Part shown: positions 12,101 through 25,155 of the stretch, one piece after another
Position numbering within the stretch: the first letter of the stretch is position 1
Layout of the letters: each line of letters starts with the position of its first letter
Source: Basidiobolus meristosporus CBS 931.73
Lineage: Eukaryota; Fungi; Basidiobolomycota
DNA length: 64,000 nucleotides
Direction of reading: 5' to 3'
NCBI GenBank assembly: GCA_002104905.1
Contig: MCFE01000067.1
Location: 62,001 to 126,000, forward strand
Position numbers and translations under genes: made by a program
The notes under the pieces: generated by a model
Told to the model about the DNA's origin: nothing
What the model saw: only the letters and a program-made list of their open reading frames with translations
Databases searched by the model: none

Positions 12101-15100
12101 TGGGGTATTACTAGAATATAAATGGAGTGTGAACAATGTTCTCCTCCAGTGATGGTGGATTCCTTAAAAGTTAGACACCTTGCAATGGTGGCATTTTTTG
12201 ATGTGAATGCCATGTAACTATTAGCACACACATGTATCAGGATGGTCTTGGGGTCCTATGTTGCAAGCTGTTGTAAGTTGCATCCTGGAATTTTTTTGGC
12301 AGGAAGAGCAGTAAGTCCTTAAAGCACCTATGACTGATATTTGTGGAATCATGCAACCTCTCTAGCTACAACATCACATGATTTGTGAGGAGATGGAATA
12401 CAGGGCTCACTTGGCAACATAAAGTATCCTTGTCATATTTTTCATAGGTGTTGTCTCATTGCATAGATGGATTTGGCCAGGATCATGCAGGGTAATGCTT
12501 TTGGGGTAGATATGCTAATGCCTAAAAGCATCAGAAGCTCATCTTACTCAGTTTGCACAAGGTAACAAGTACAGCTAGGTGCTAATACAGAAGTATTAGG
12601 TGGTTGCCAAGATACTGCTAGAATAGTAGTGACTGCTCAACTATCAGATATAACTTGTGTGGCAAAACACTGTCTGTGATCTTTGCAATACTTTCTATGC
12701 TCTCACCATGCTTCATGGTGGTGAGCCTTGTAGCAATAGTCCAACAGTTCCTTCTCTCTTCTCTTACAGCATTGAATCAAAGTAGTATTCTCCATGGTGA
12801 AAGCAGTTGGACACTTGAAAGCATAATGCCATCATATCACTTTTTTTTCAATACTCATATGTATTTAAGACTGTCTTGTATTTGAGATGTTACACCTACA
12901 TGAATGTATGATTCAATGATGACCCACCATAGCAAGAATTATATATAAAGTTGTGGCACCACATACACACTTACATGAAACACTATTTCCCCTTTGGCTT
13001 GATTTGCTTCCAGACATATGCTGCCAAAAAATAAAGCAAAGTAATATGGTTCCCCATCAAGCCCCTCTATTGATGGCAGTAAAGGAATGCTTGGACAACA
13101 GCTTGCTTTGACATACAGTGCAACAAGTAGGGCTATGTTCAAAAAAGACCATGTTGACAGTGTGCCCACTGAAGGTAATAATCTGGACTCCTCAGGCTCT
13201 TGGACAACAAGGCATATGAGAGTCCTGGCAGAGCAGCAAGCCAACCATAATGCTCAGGCAGGATATCATTGGAGGAAGATATTATTCATACTCCAGACAT
13301 ATTCCACAAATATTCCATCTGCAAAAGCCCATGCATCCAACAAATGTTGTGCATCTATAAAGTACTGCACTCAGTATCCATTAAGAACCAGCACTTCTGT
13401 AATATTTGATGTCAAGTATTGCAAATAACTAAGAAGTAAGGGCTACTCTAAAAGTATTTATGCCTATGTCTTTGCCTTGACACTTGGTAGATTCCGGTTT
13501 AGCCAACCTGCAAATCCTGCTGGCCACCGATTTGTATCAACCTCAATATGCCTCCTAACTTATGGTATTGGAGCAGATATCTTATGGTAGTCTTACTTAT
13601 TTCTGAGCCTAAGTCACCGTCCAACCAGGACAGCTACTTGTATCTATTGCTGGACAGGTTTTTTATGCTTTCCAGTGGGATACTACTCAATAGCAGTCAT
13701 ATAAAAGCACAAATTATTATCAGCATTATAGATACTCCAGCCATCAGCAAGATAGCTGGCTTTTCTGGGCACAATAGACAGTATTGCTGTCTAATGTTTG
13801 AGATCTAGTGAACTTACTCCATAATTCACCCATATGATTATAATCCAAATACAGTGCCAAGAATATCATCTTCCCACAGAGGGAACATAAGGAAGTCAGC
13901 ATGCAATTGCAGCAAATTTGGCAAGCAATAAGCCATTAACCAGAATATGGAATAAGTTGAAAACCAGAGATACTTAAGATACAGGGTAAATGTTGGAGTA
14001 AACACTCTCTACTGGGAGCAATGCATTTGCTTTTCAATAATAGTCCTATATCAATGACCAAGTTGTACATGGGGCATTTTAAGCTGAATGAGCCCTTTGA
14101 GATACAGAGAAATTTGAAAGAATTGGGAAGATACTAAAAGCTGTATTTGACCCAAATTACCTCACATGGGCCCCAATCAATACCTGTATGCATATGCAAC
14201 AATACAACTGCAAGGACTAGATGTACATGATATGTATTTATTCAAGTGGCCTTCAGAAGCCATTTCTACCAAGAGTACACTGGAACCATTGGGAGTCATT
14301 TGTTGTCATTGTGAGAATATTTATCCAGAAGTGAATAACTTATGCCAGCTTGATGCATCTACAGCTTTTTTGCAATGTGCTTGTGATGGTATTGGGGCAG
14401 CTACACTACAAGCATAAAGCTGAATATGTAGATCTTGGTGGTTACTCTATCCATACTGTATGCCATCTTACTTGGTGTGTGGAAAATATTGGGCCAAGCT
14501 TTACCTTTCAGGAGTTCCCTATTGAGCAGATGTGTAAGGAGAATGGAAGACAAGTTAAGTTGCAGGTGCTACCATACCCCAATCTCATCAAGAATATTAC
14601 CTTCAAGTCTGTCATGGATGTGATCTGTTGGCACATGAAGGACAGCCAGGAAAAGCTGGAAAGTACTAAGGACGGATGTGAACATGGAGACACCTGTGCC
14701 TTTAGCATCAAGAAGAAAAGCAGCAAAATGCATGGGTAGTTGGTTAAATAGTGCAAAGATGGGTTGGGTGCAAGAAGTAACTAATATCTATTGGGACAAC
14801 TTACTAAAGTATGCCAGGTTTTTCTTGGTTACAAGCCAGTTTCTGCACCATTCAATACAGAATTCACACAAACAAAGGCCAGAGCACACCTAAAATGAGA
14901 ACTTGAATCCTGCAGGGAGAAGGATTATGTTTGTTACATACTAAAAAGTTCTTTGCAGATACTCAGAGGATATTCTTGGCAAATGTAGTGACAACCAAGC
15001 ATATGCTGGCAGGATGTACTTTTTACCAGCATTGCATGGTGTATGGAACTCTGCAGGTATCACACTCAACAGCCATGAAGTTGAGGTGATAGCAGCATGT

Positions 15101-15673
15101 CACTTGCAACAGGTGTGCCTGTGCTTAGAGGTTAGTAAGCAGGAGGCCACAGTTTTTATTTATTCAAACTATGTTGAACGCCCACAGTGGCAGTGGGTAA
15201 GCAAATACAGATGGGTGACTCTGCAGTGGAATATTTAAATGGTGCAAGGGGAGGTACAAAATCAAGATACCATTTGTAAGTTGGTACAGTAGAGTTATAT
15301 AGAATTAGCAGTGGGCTTCCATACAGCATTATAATGCCAGCAAAGGCTTACAATGAGGTTGTTTGAACACCATCAACTTTCTTGGCATATAAGGCAACTG
15401 GATGTATTGGCTGGTAAAGTCCACTCAAATGAATGTGAGCACATCAAGACTGTTAGAATGCCATGCAAATATTGTCAAAAGAATTCTCAGACACTCACAA
15501 GTTTTGTACTTTATATAGCAGTAAAATCAGCAAATGCCACTACTTTCCCATCTTAAGAGTGTGTGGAGTTTCAATGATTCCAAGCTGCTGGCATTATGAT
15601 GGACTCATTGTGGGATCCTGACTGCGGATCTGTGTTGAATCTTCCTGCGGGAACCAATTGCTTTTCATTTGGA
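9145..15673. mobile_element. Rearranged CACTA-family fragments: ORF2 piece (-, 9145-9880), transposase (-, 9880-12900), ORF2 start (+, 13018-13270), transposase (+, 13270-15673) ending in a degenerate left terminus
   Basis: Motifs GPQPPSNLDGYLFLLL, IGDTLAISKITGFSGHNG, PYPNLIKNITF on both strands. CCAATTGCTTTTCATTTGG at about 15655-15673 resembles the terminus. Confidence 0.75.
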
Positions 15674-15884
15674 ATGCTCTTACTTTCCTGGCATACTTAA
15701 TCTTCATTTGTACCTCAACTCCCAGTTGTACTGACCTAAGCAGGTGCCTACACCAAACATCACCATTAATCCCAGCTTTACACTCAGCATATAACTCTGA
15801 TAAAATATTCCATTCAATAAGTCTTTCTACCCTATAGCCCTTTTTTGGTGACTTTGGCAGGAACCCCTACAGCCTATGTCATGG

Positions 15885-18800
15885 CTTTACAAGTCTTGAT
15901 ATAAGAGTTGTAGAGGAGCAGGGAGCTTAGCCAGTATTGTATTCACTAAAACTTGAACTGTTTTTAATGAGGTTCCTGCAGTTCCTGATATACATTTTGC
16001 TCAGTCAATTGGTGCCTGATTATATTTCCTAATGTATGATGTGAATGATGACTCATATGATTGCATCATCATCACCCAATTAGATCCTATTTAATATATT
16101 TATATATGTTTAATAAGATCTGCTGATTCATCTGCTGACTAATACTACTGATTTGATAGATGACCCTGATGTACTGATAGGATAACCATAAAGCTAATTG
16201 ATTTGACTAAAAACTAATATAACTTAACTTTCAAGCAGTATATAATAGCATTATCCTCTACCAATGTTGGGAGGGTTATCCTGAGTCTCTTTTCTTTTGG
16301 TATCAATATCTTCATTGTTCAGTATTGTCAGCAAGTCTTGCAAGCTTAGGTCTGTGTCTATGTACTAAATCTTCCCACATAATCCCTTGTTTGTCCATTA
16401 GTTGGTAAGAAACAAATTAACATTATCTGATGATCTTGAATGGTCTCATCATTGCAGTTCAAACATCTTTCAAGTGTTGCTTCTCAGTAACACAAAGGTT
16501 CCAATTGTCAATGCTTTTAGTGGTATAGTCTTATCATATCTTTGCTTCATCTTTTCCATACCTTGAAATACTCTGGCCTGTGCCTCTGGATGTCTTTCTT
16601 CTTGTTGCTGGTGTCTACTTGGCAAACTGAGTTCATCTTCAAACAAGCCTGTAAGCTTTTACGGTGAGAGATCTCCCATGATCCTTGGTAAGATGGCAAT
16701 TGTTGGGTGTTGTTGCACACTCTAACTCTGCAGGCAATAAGTGGTTGGTCTATATGCTCATCCCACTTACTGGAAGCTCCAGTGGCATATTTGGTCTTCA
16801 TTTTTCCAAATATCTCATTAAGCTACTCAGTAACTCCATTAATTATAGGGTGGTATGCCAAGGTTTTCAGATGTTGCTCTGTTGCATTCCTGGTAGATAA
16901 TTTGACCTTAGACTATGTCAAAGGAAGACCTCTCCATAAAGAACTCAGATGTAACAATCAGGCAGAGAAAGTTGAAGACAATGCTTTATTCCGCTCAGAG
17001 TGGTGTGCAGAAAAGAAGGGGAAGCAACAAAACTGAAGAAAACCTGGTTGCTGTAACTATTGTAAGGAGCCAGGTCACTGGACAAGAGAAAGCAAGAAGA
17101 AACAAGCAGACAAAAAACAGAAACAGGAGAAGGCAAACCATATAACTACTGATGAACATTTATTTGTCACTGTACAAGAGAGTGCAAGTAACTAAAGTAA
17201 TGAATGGTATATTGACTCTGGAGCATCACAGCATATTTGTGATATAAAGGGGTGATTCAGCAACTTAAAGACTATTCCCATATAAATGGTTGAGCCGAGA
17301 GACAAAAATGCACTGGAACTTATAGCCAGTGGGTCTATACTACTAAATATGAGTGATATCTCAGGGGCTACAGCAGCAAAACTGACTGACATACTCTATG
17401 TCCCTGGAATAGCTAAGAACCTACTCTCAGTCAGTAAAACAACTGCTCAGGGACTGAAATTTGTTTTTACTAGGCTGAACTGCTCAATATTGAGTGAAAA
17501 TGGACAAAAATTAGCTCTGGGAATCAGAGATCACAATATATACAATCTGCAATGCAAGATCATTGTACCTGAGTATGCCAACATTGCTGAAACTGATTAA
17601 ACTAACTGGGAGGCAGGGCAAAGGAGACCAGGTCAAATTGGGGAACTGAAAATGAACCAACTGATGAAAAATGAGCTTGTTTTAGGCCTAAGTTACTCAT
17701 TTCCAACCAAATTGAGTTTCTGTAAGGGATGTTCATATGGCAAACAAGCTAAGCAATGTTGCAGGAGCTCAGGAGGCATTAACACCACCAAAATATTGGC
17801 TATTATATACTCAGACTTATGAGGGCCCGTGAGAACACTGTCCTTTGGAGCCAAGAGATACTTTATAATGTTTATTGATGACAAGACAAGATATACATAG
17901 GTATACTTCCTCAGAGCAAAGGATGAGGCTATAGAGATATTTAAACACTTCAAGAAAATGGCAGAAACACAAACTGGGTTTAAATTGAAGATACTTCAAG
18001 GTGACAATGGAGGGGGATACTGCTCAAAGGAGTTTGCAAAATATTGCACATCTACTGGTATAATTCAGCAGACCACTGTTCCGCATACTCCACAGCAAAA
18101 TAGAGTAGCAGAATGTGCAAATAGAACAATAGTGAAAAGGGAAGATCTAAGCTACATGATAAGGGAATTGAATACAGGTTTTGGGCTGAATCTATTGCTA
18201 CTGCAGTGTATTTCAAAAAAAGGTGCTCAATAACAACACAACAGGACTCCACACCCTTTGAGGCATATACAGGCAAAGAACCTGACCTTCAGCACCTCAG
18301 GATCTTTGGCAGTGATGTTTTTATCACATCCCTGACAAAAAACACTCAAAGCTGAAACCACAGAGTAGAAAAGGGATCTTTCTTGAGTATTGTGAAGATA
18401 CTAAAGGGTATAGAGTGTATGATGGCAAAATTCAGAAGCTGATCAAGAGCAGGGATGTTGTATTTGAGGAGCATTCAGAGCAGAAAGCCACAGAAATCAT
18501 TGGCCAACTAACTGAAGATGCAATCAGCACTGATGAACAAGATATGTACCAAATTCAGCCAGGTACAGAAGATATTTCTATCAGTTCCAGATCAGAGCAG
18601 ATTATCCCAGCTAGGAGTTCTACCACAATTTGAAATGCCCCTAGGTCCTGGTGGCAGATATCCAATGATCATAAAGAAGCTTATCTTGCCTTATGTGCCA
18701 AACCTCAGAATCTGGAACCACCAATGCAAAGCCCATATGCTAATATGTGGCAACAAGCCATGCAGGAGGAGTACCAATCACTGATCAAAGTAAAAGCGTG

Positions 18801-21390
18801 GGAACTGGCAGATTTACCAAATGGGAGAAAGCCTTTATAATGTAGATGGGTCTACATGATCAAGATAGCCTCAAATGGTACTGTTGATAAGTACAAGGCT
18901 GGATTGGTGGCTAAAGGCTATTCCCAAGTCCAAGGGATAGACTTTCAGGAAACATTTGCTCTGGGTGCAAAGTTTAACTCCATTGGGACAGTTCTAGCCT
19001 TGGCAGCTGTATACAGTCTAGATCTTCACCAAATGGACATCACAACAGCCTTTCTAAATGGGGATTTGCAAGAAACCATATATAAAGAGCAAACAGAGGG
19101 TTTTACAATTCAAAAGGCTGCCATAAGATGTGCAGACTCAGGAAATTGTTGTATGGGCTTAAGCAGGCACCTAGAGCATGGTAGACAAGACTGAAATATA
19201 TCTAGAGTAGATTGGGTTTATTTGTAGCACAGCATATCACAGTATATATGTGAAACAACTCAAAACGGGTGAAATCATCCTAGTTCTGTATGTGGACAAC
19301 CTGATAATAGCTACCAGTGACCTGGAGGCACTTCAACAGACAAAATTAGATCTCTTCAGCAAGTTTGAGGTGAAAAATCTTGGAAAATTGAGCTATGTTC
19401 TTGGAATTGAAATGGATTTTGACAAATCTATGCAGAAAGCTGTGCTAAATCAGGCTAGGTACATTAGGGACATTCTTACAAGCTTCAAAATGAAAAACTG
19501 CAAGCCTGAGGCTACCCCTATGGACAATAATCCAAAATTGTGTAAATCTCAGCCAGTGGTAGGTGAAATGGCTTAAATATGGACCAAAACTTACCATATC
19601 TATCATTTGTTGTAGCCTAATGTACTTGATAGTGTCTACACATCCTGATATTTTTGTGGCAGTTGGAATAGTCAGTCAATTCATGCAGAATTATGAATCA
19701 GATCAAGTTACAGCAGTTGATTGGATGATCAGATATCTACAAGGTGCCATAAATATGGTACTGGAATACTCCAGAGCAGCTAATAGGCAAAAATTTGATG
19801 GTTATAGTGATTCAGATTGGGGTAGAGATCTGATTGACAAATGCTTGACCACTGGATAAATAATCCTTCATACTGGTGCAGCTATTACTTCAAATTGCAA
19901 GAAACAACCAGCTGTGGCCCTATCTACAACTGAAGCTGAATATATGGCTGCTTGCCAAGCAACTAAGGACACTACATGGCTACAGAAATTACTCAAAGAC
20001 TTGGACCTTAATTCAGATAAACCAACATGTATTCACAATGATAATCAAGGTTGTATAGCATTGGCTAGGAATCTCACTAATAATGCCAGAACTAAGAAAT
20101 AGATATACAACACCACTTTGTGAGGGAAGTAGTAGAATATAACTTAGCAGAGTTAGTTTATTGTCCAACTGACAAAATGACAGCAGATATATTGGCAACC
20201 CACCAGCTACACCACAATTTGAGAATCTCAGAGAGGAATTAGGATTAAGAAATTATTTAGTTGAGGGGAGTGTTGAAATATTGGACTATTTGGTATAATT
20301 CAGCAGCTCAAAACTTACTTTACAACTCTAGACTAGTCTTGGTCACTCTAGAACTTATTTGCAGCTCTATTTCTGTCAGTTTCTTCACACCTATGGTCCT
20401 ATGATTATTCCCCTATAGTGAGGATCAAACTAACACTTTTTACCAAACACTACATACTCACCTTGAAACTGTTACAGAATGCTCCTGAATGCTAAGAAGC
20501 CCTCTTTACTTAGTGTTGCAGCAGTATTACTTCTATAAAGATATAAATATTGATCCTCTTTATGAATAAACAATGTTTCAACTACTACCACTATATCTTG
20601 ATAAGTTCCTTATATCCAAATCACTTCTTAAGTTGCAACAGTGGCATCGTCAATTGCTACTAGGATCTGACAATTGCATTTCCTGGTGGTTGGCAGTCTC
20701 CCAATAAAGTCTATACTTCATCTCTCAGTTGGTCTTAAAGGCTACAAGAGAAAGAGTTCAGCAATTCTTTGTGGTTGGCATTGGTTGATTTGGCAGCTTG
20801 CGTATGTTTTCACCAGCTTTTGAATATCTTGTTTCATTCTGGCCAGCATGCTCTGGCCTGCATAAGGCACTAGATTCTCCCATATCCAAGGTCCCCATAT
20901 CCATTGTGTAACATATGCAGTAAATCCAGGCAGGCTATCATAAGGGCATTCAGCAACAGGGCATCCATCAGCAACTTGGTAGTGTGTTTTATCTGGTACT
21001 AGGAGGGAGGAGTCTGGTTATGCTGCTAATAATGTGACAAGTCTTGATTTCAGAGTTGTAGAGGAATAGGGAATTTAGCTAGTTTTGTACTCACCAAGAT
21101 TCAGACTGACTTTTGTTGAGGTAGCTATCAGCTCCTAATATACATTTTACCAGCTGAATTGCCAGCTAGATATATATCCTAATGTGGGCAGTGGCCAATG
21201 CCTCATTCACTTGAATCATTATCACCCAATTAGATCTTACCCATTGTATCTATTTATGTCTAATAAGGATCTGCTGACTAAAACTGCTGATGTGGTAGAT
21301 AACACTAATATACTGATAGACTACACATTAAGCTAGTTGATATGACTAAAAACTGATCTCACCTGAATATTCAAGTGGTAGGTCATGAAA
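15885..21390 (-). mobile_element. Ty3/gypsy element 1, internally deleted; LTRs 15885-16250 and 21033-21390; only integrase pieces remain
   Basis: Both LTRs match 35575-35943. Integrase pieces 16250-16890 and 20641-21000 match 30300-31480. Probable 4-bp TSD ATGG/ATTG. Confidence 0.75.
16890..20640 (+). mobile_element. Ty1/copia family 1 element, 5'-truncated, nested in gypsy 1; 3' LTR 20271-20640
   Basis: Zn knuckle CNYCKEPGHW (about 17052), protease WYIDSGASQHIC (about 17204), integrase SDL.GP/GDNGGGY, RT DKYKA.LVAKGYSQ..GIDF/LHQMDITTAFLNGDL/LYVDNL, RNase H GYSDSDW/STTEAEY. PPT GAGGGGAG, then TGTTG...CAACA. Confidence 0.92.
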
Positions 21391-24300
21391 ATTGCTTGCT
21401 CATAGGTTCATCAATATCCTATTCTTCTGCAAACACCGCAAGGTCTAGCACTTCATCTGCATTTTTGCAATGAATCCTTGAGGTGTTGAATGAATTATTG
21501 TAGGTGCTGCTCCTGAAGGAGTGCTGCAATCTACTGGTGTGCCTATGGATGCACCAGAATTCTACTGTTGGCATTTGCGTAATGTTCTGACTTCTTGCCA
21601 ACATTGATTTGCCCCTCAGTGGGTTCTTCATTCTGATTACAATGGGCACATGGAGGCCGTGGTAGAAAATTACCTTTTGCTGCAAGCTCATCTACCTCAC
21701 TAGAGTGAACCCTATGAAAATAATTTAGTCCAGCAGGTGCAACCAATCCGGATCAGCCATTGGGATCCAAAAATGAATCCACCAAAATGACAGCAGCTGG
21801 AAAGTATGGACCCTCCTCACCTTCTTATAACAGAATTGTGACAGCATTTTGCTGATTTTAATGCAAAATAAAGTAAAATACTTGACTATGTTTGAGCAGT
21901 TTTTTAACAAGAATAGCATAGCATTCCAATGGTGTTGATAAGCACCACATTTAGAGAACCCCTAGCCGGCCAATAAATCCAAATGGCTTATATTGCAAGG
22001 CACCTGATGGTGATTGTGACGAAAAGAAATCTGGCTTACATTGGTCAACTTTTCCCAACAAAAATTAGTATCTTGTTGCACCCAACTAAACATGGCATTT
22101 CTTAACTGGTACCCATACATTGGGTCTGCTTAGCTTCCTAATGCCAAAGGCATAGGTGTCTCTATGTACACACCTATCCTTAGTACTTTCCTGCTTTTCC
22201 TGGCTGTCCTACATGTGCCAACCCATCACATCCATGACAGACTTGAAGGTGATATTTTTGATGAGATTGGGGTGTGGTAGCACCTGCAACTTGACTTCTC
22301 TTCCTTTCTCCCTACAAATCTGCTTCATAGGAAACTCCAAAAAGAAGAAGCTAGGCCAAATATTGTTGGCACACCAAGCAAGATGAAGTAGAGAATAAAT
22401 ACAGTAGTGTCAGATATCAAGCATTCAGCTTTATGCTTTTGGTGTACCTGCTCAAATCCTGTCACAAACTCATTGCAAAAAAGCTATAGATGCATGAAGT
22501 CAACATTGGCAATATACTTCTATATAATATTCCTGCAATGTCAACATATCACTCCCAATGCTTCCAATGTAACCTTGGTAGGAGTAGATTTTGAAGGCAA
22601 CTTGAATAAATGTACATCTGGTTCATAAAGTTGCCTCATTTGTATTGTTGCATTTGCATACAATTATCAATTGGAGCTTATGAGAAGTACTTTGGAGCGT
22701 AGAAAGTATGTATTATCTTGCCAATTCATTCAACTTCTTCTGTATCTTGATGGGCTCATTCAGCCTGAAATCACCCAGTTACAGCTTAGTCTTCATATAG
22801 GGATTTTTTGAAAAGCAAATGAATTGCTCTCAGTGAAACGCTTTTTCTCCAACAGATACCCTCTATCTTGATTATCTCCTGTCTCTAATCAATTCAATAT
22901 TCTTGCCAATGGCTCATGGCTTGCCAGCTTTGCTCTAAATTTATGCTGAATATTATATATTCTCTCTGTTTGAGATGTTGCTCTCAGTGTTGGTATTTAG
23001 GTAATAATATAACGTGTGAGTTTCAGTACAAATCCCCTGAATCTCACATTTTCAACAGAAATACCATCCTTAGTGCCTAGAGAAGCCAGCTGTCTTGGTA
23101 ATGGCTGAGGTATCTTCAAAGTAGATAAAAAAATGCACTGTGTGATAATGGCCATTTAGTGGTATCTCACTGGAAAGCACACAAAACATATAGTAGTAAT
23201 GGATACAGGTAGCTGTCCAGATTGGACAGCAAAATGGGCTCACAAACAGGGAGACTACCATCAGATCTCTGCTCCAATACCTCAAAATAGGGGGCACATT
23301 ATGGATGATGGGATCCAATGATCAGCAAGATTTGCTGCTAAAGTACTTGTTTAATGAGAATCCATTTTTTTTCCTACAGGTGCTATCTCATGGCGCATTT
23401 GTATTTAGCCAGGCCCATGGAAGGTGCTGTTTTTGGGAGAACAGTCTTGCAATCCATTTGTGAGCCTTTGTCTTTGGAGCAATCACTCTGCATGCTGTAT
23501 CCAGAATGCTGAGATGAGCCTAAAGGTGTCAAAAACTCCCCTTACTCAGTTTGTGCAAGGTGAAACTACAGCTAGATTCTTTTATAGAAATATCATGTGG
23601 CTGACAAGCTATTCTTGGTAGAGTGGTGATTGATGATTGGTCTGTTGCCATGTTGTGCTAATTGGTATGATTCAGCAGCTAAAAGTTTACTCAACAAATC
23701 AGGACTAATTTGATCACTGTAGTACCAACTTACAGCCCTATCTTTGCCGCTTTTCTCAGATCTATGATGTATTGCTTATTCACCAATAGTTAAGATCAAA
23801 TTAGCACTTTACCAAGCATTATATACTAACCCTGAAACTGTTGCAGAATGCTCCTGAATGCTGAGAAGCTCACTTAACTTAGTTGTACAGTTGTTTTATT
23901 TCTACAAGGGCATAAATACTGAGCTTCTATATGATTAACAATAGTGCAACTATTATTAATATTTTCAACAAGATCCTTATATCCAAATGGCCTCTTAAGT
24001 TGCAACAGGTTATGAGCCCCATTTGCCTTACTCTATCTTAAAGATGACTTGCACCAGCAAACAGAACAATGTAAATATCTCACCTGTAAAGGAGAAGTTT
24101 GATGGGAAGAACTACAGATTTTGGCAAATTAAGATGCAGATCCACCATGAGGAGCAAAAACTTTCAAATATAGTAACAGGGAGAAAAGTTAAGCTCATTA
24201 GGAGCAACAGAAAAAATTGTGAAGTTACAAGAGCAGGAGAGAAAAGCCTTTAATGCCATATTTACCAATATGCAAGACTTTGTCATTGGACAAATTTATG

Positions 24301-24661
24301 CTTCAAATACTGCCAAGGCTGCATTGGAATCCTTGGAGAAGATTGTTAGAGCATAGTCAACATCAAGCACGCTTTATTTGAAACTAAAGTTTCTGACATG
24401 AGGAGGAGGCCAAAAGTGATGTGCTACAACTCATTACCTGAATGGAGACACTGACAGAAGAACATTACAGTATATATTCTAGTGTAGATGATGGAGAAAA
24501 CATAATCTATTTGCTTTGCAGCTTATCAGATGAGTATGAGCCACTCATACCTTCCTTAAAATAAGAGAAGACAATCTGACTTTAGACTATGTCAAACAAA
24601 GACATCTCCATGGCAGATTCAGACACAATGATCACACAGAGAAAATTGAAGACAATGCTTT

Positions 24662-24923
24662 GTAAAATCTTACCGACAAACCTCTTAAAATCATACCATA
24701 AACGGTATGGTCTTTCTTGATATATGTAAATCTGTTTGTTGCAGCCAGTAGCATTTCTCCACACAGTTGGCATTCACCACTTTGATAAACAATGCGTCTT
24801 TCAGGTTTATTTTCTACAACAACAAAATAGTTTGCATTAACAAAATCTGTGACTAATCCAGAATAAACACCAAAATCTGCCTCTGAACTAATTACTTTAT
24901 CCTTCCAAAATAATTCCAAATGT
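24662..24923 (-). pseudogene. Non-copia filler encoding a BED/C2H2-type zinc-finger-like fragment
   Basis: About 86 open codons: NYFVVVENKPERRIVYQSGECQLCGEMLLAATNRFT(Y)IKKDH = C-x2-C-x12-(H>Y, TAT)-x4-H. No match to copia element 1 here. Confidence 0.45.
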
Positions 24924-24927
24924 GGTC

Positions 24928-25155
24928 TGTCACAAGCTTTGGTATAAGAGTTGTAGAGGAATAGGGAGCTTAGCTAGTATTGAATTCACTCAAACCTAAA
25001 CTAAGTTTGATTGAGGTTCCAGCAGCTCCTTATATACATATTTGCCAGATCAATTGCTGAATAATTGTATTTCCAATGTAGGTTGTGGCTGATGACTCTA
25101 ATTGATTTGACTAAAAGCTGATCTAACTTAAATGTTCAATTGGTAGATCATAGCA
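24928..25155 (-). mobile_element. Gypsy solo LTR (internally deleted), 4-bp TSD GGTC
   Basis: TGTCACAAG...TCATAGCA matches 35575-35943; GGTC at 24924-24927 and 25156-25159. Confidence 0.8.
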
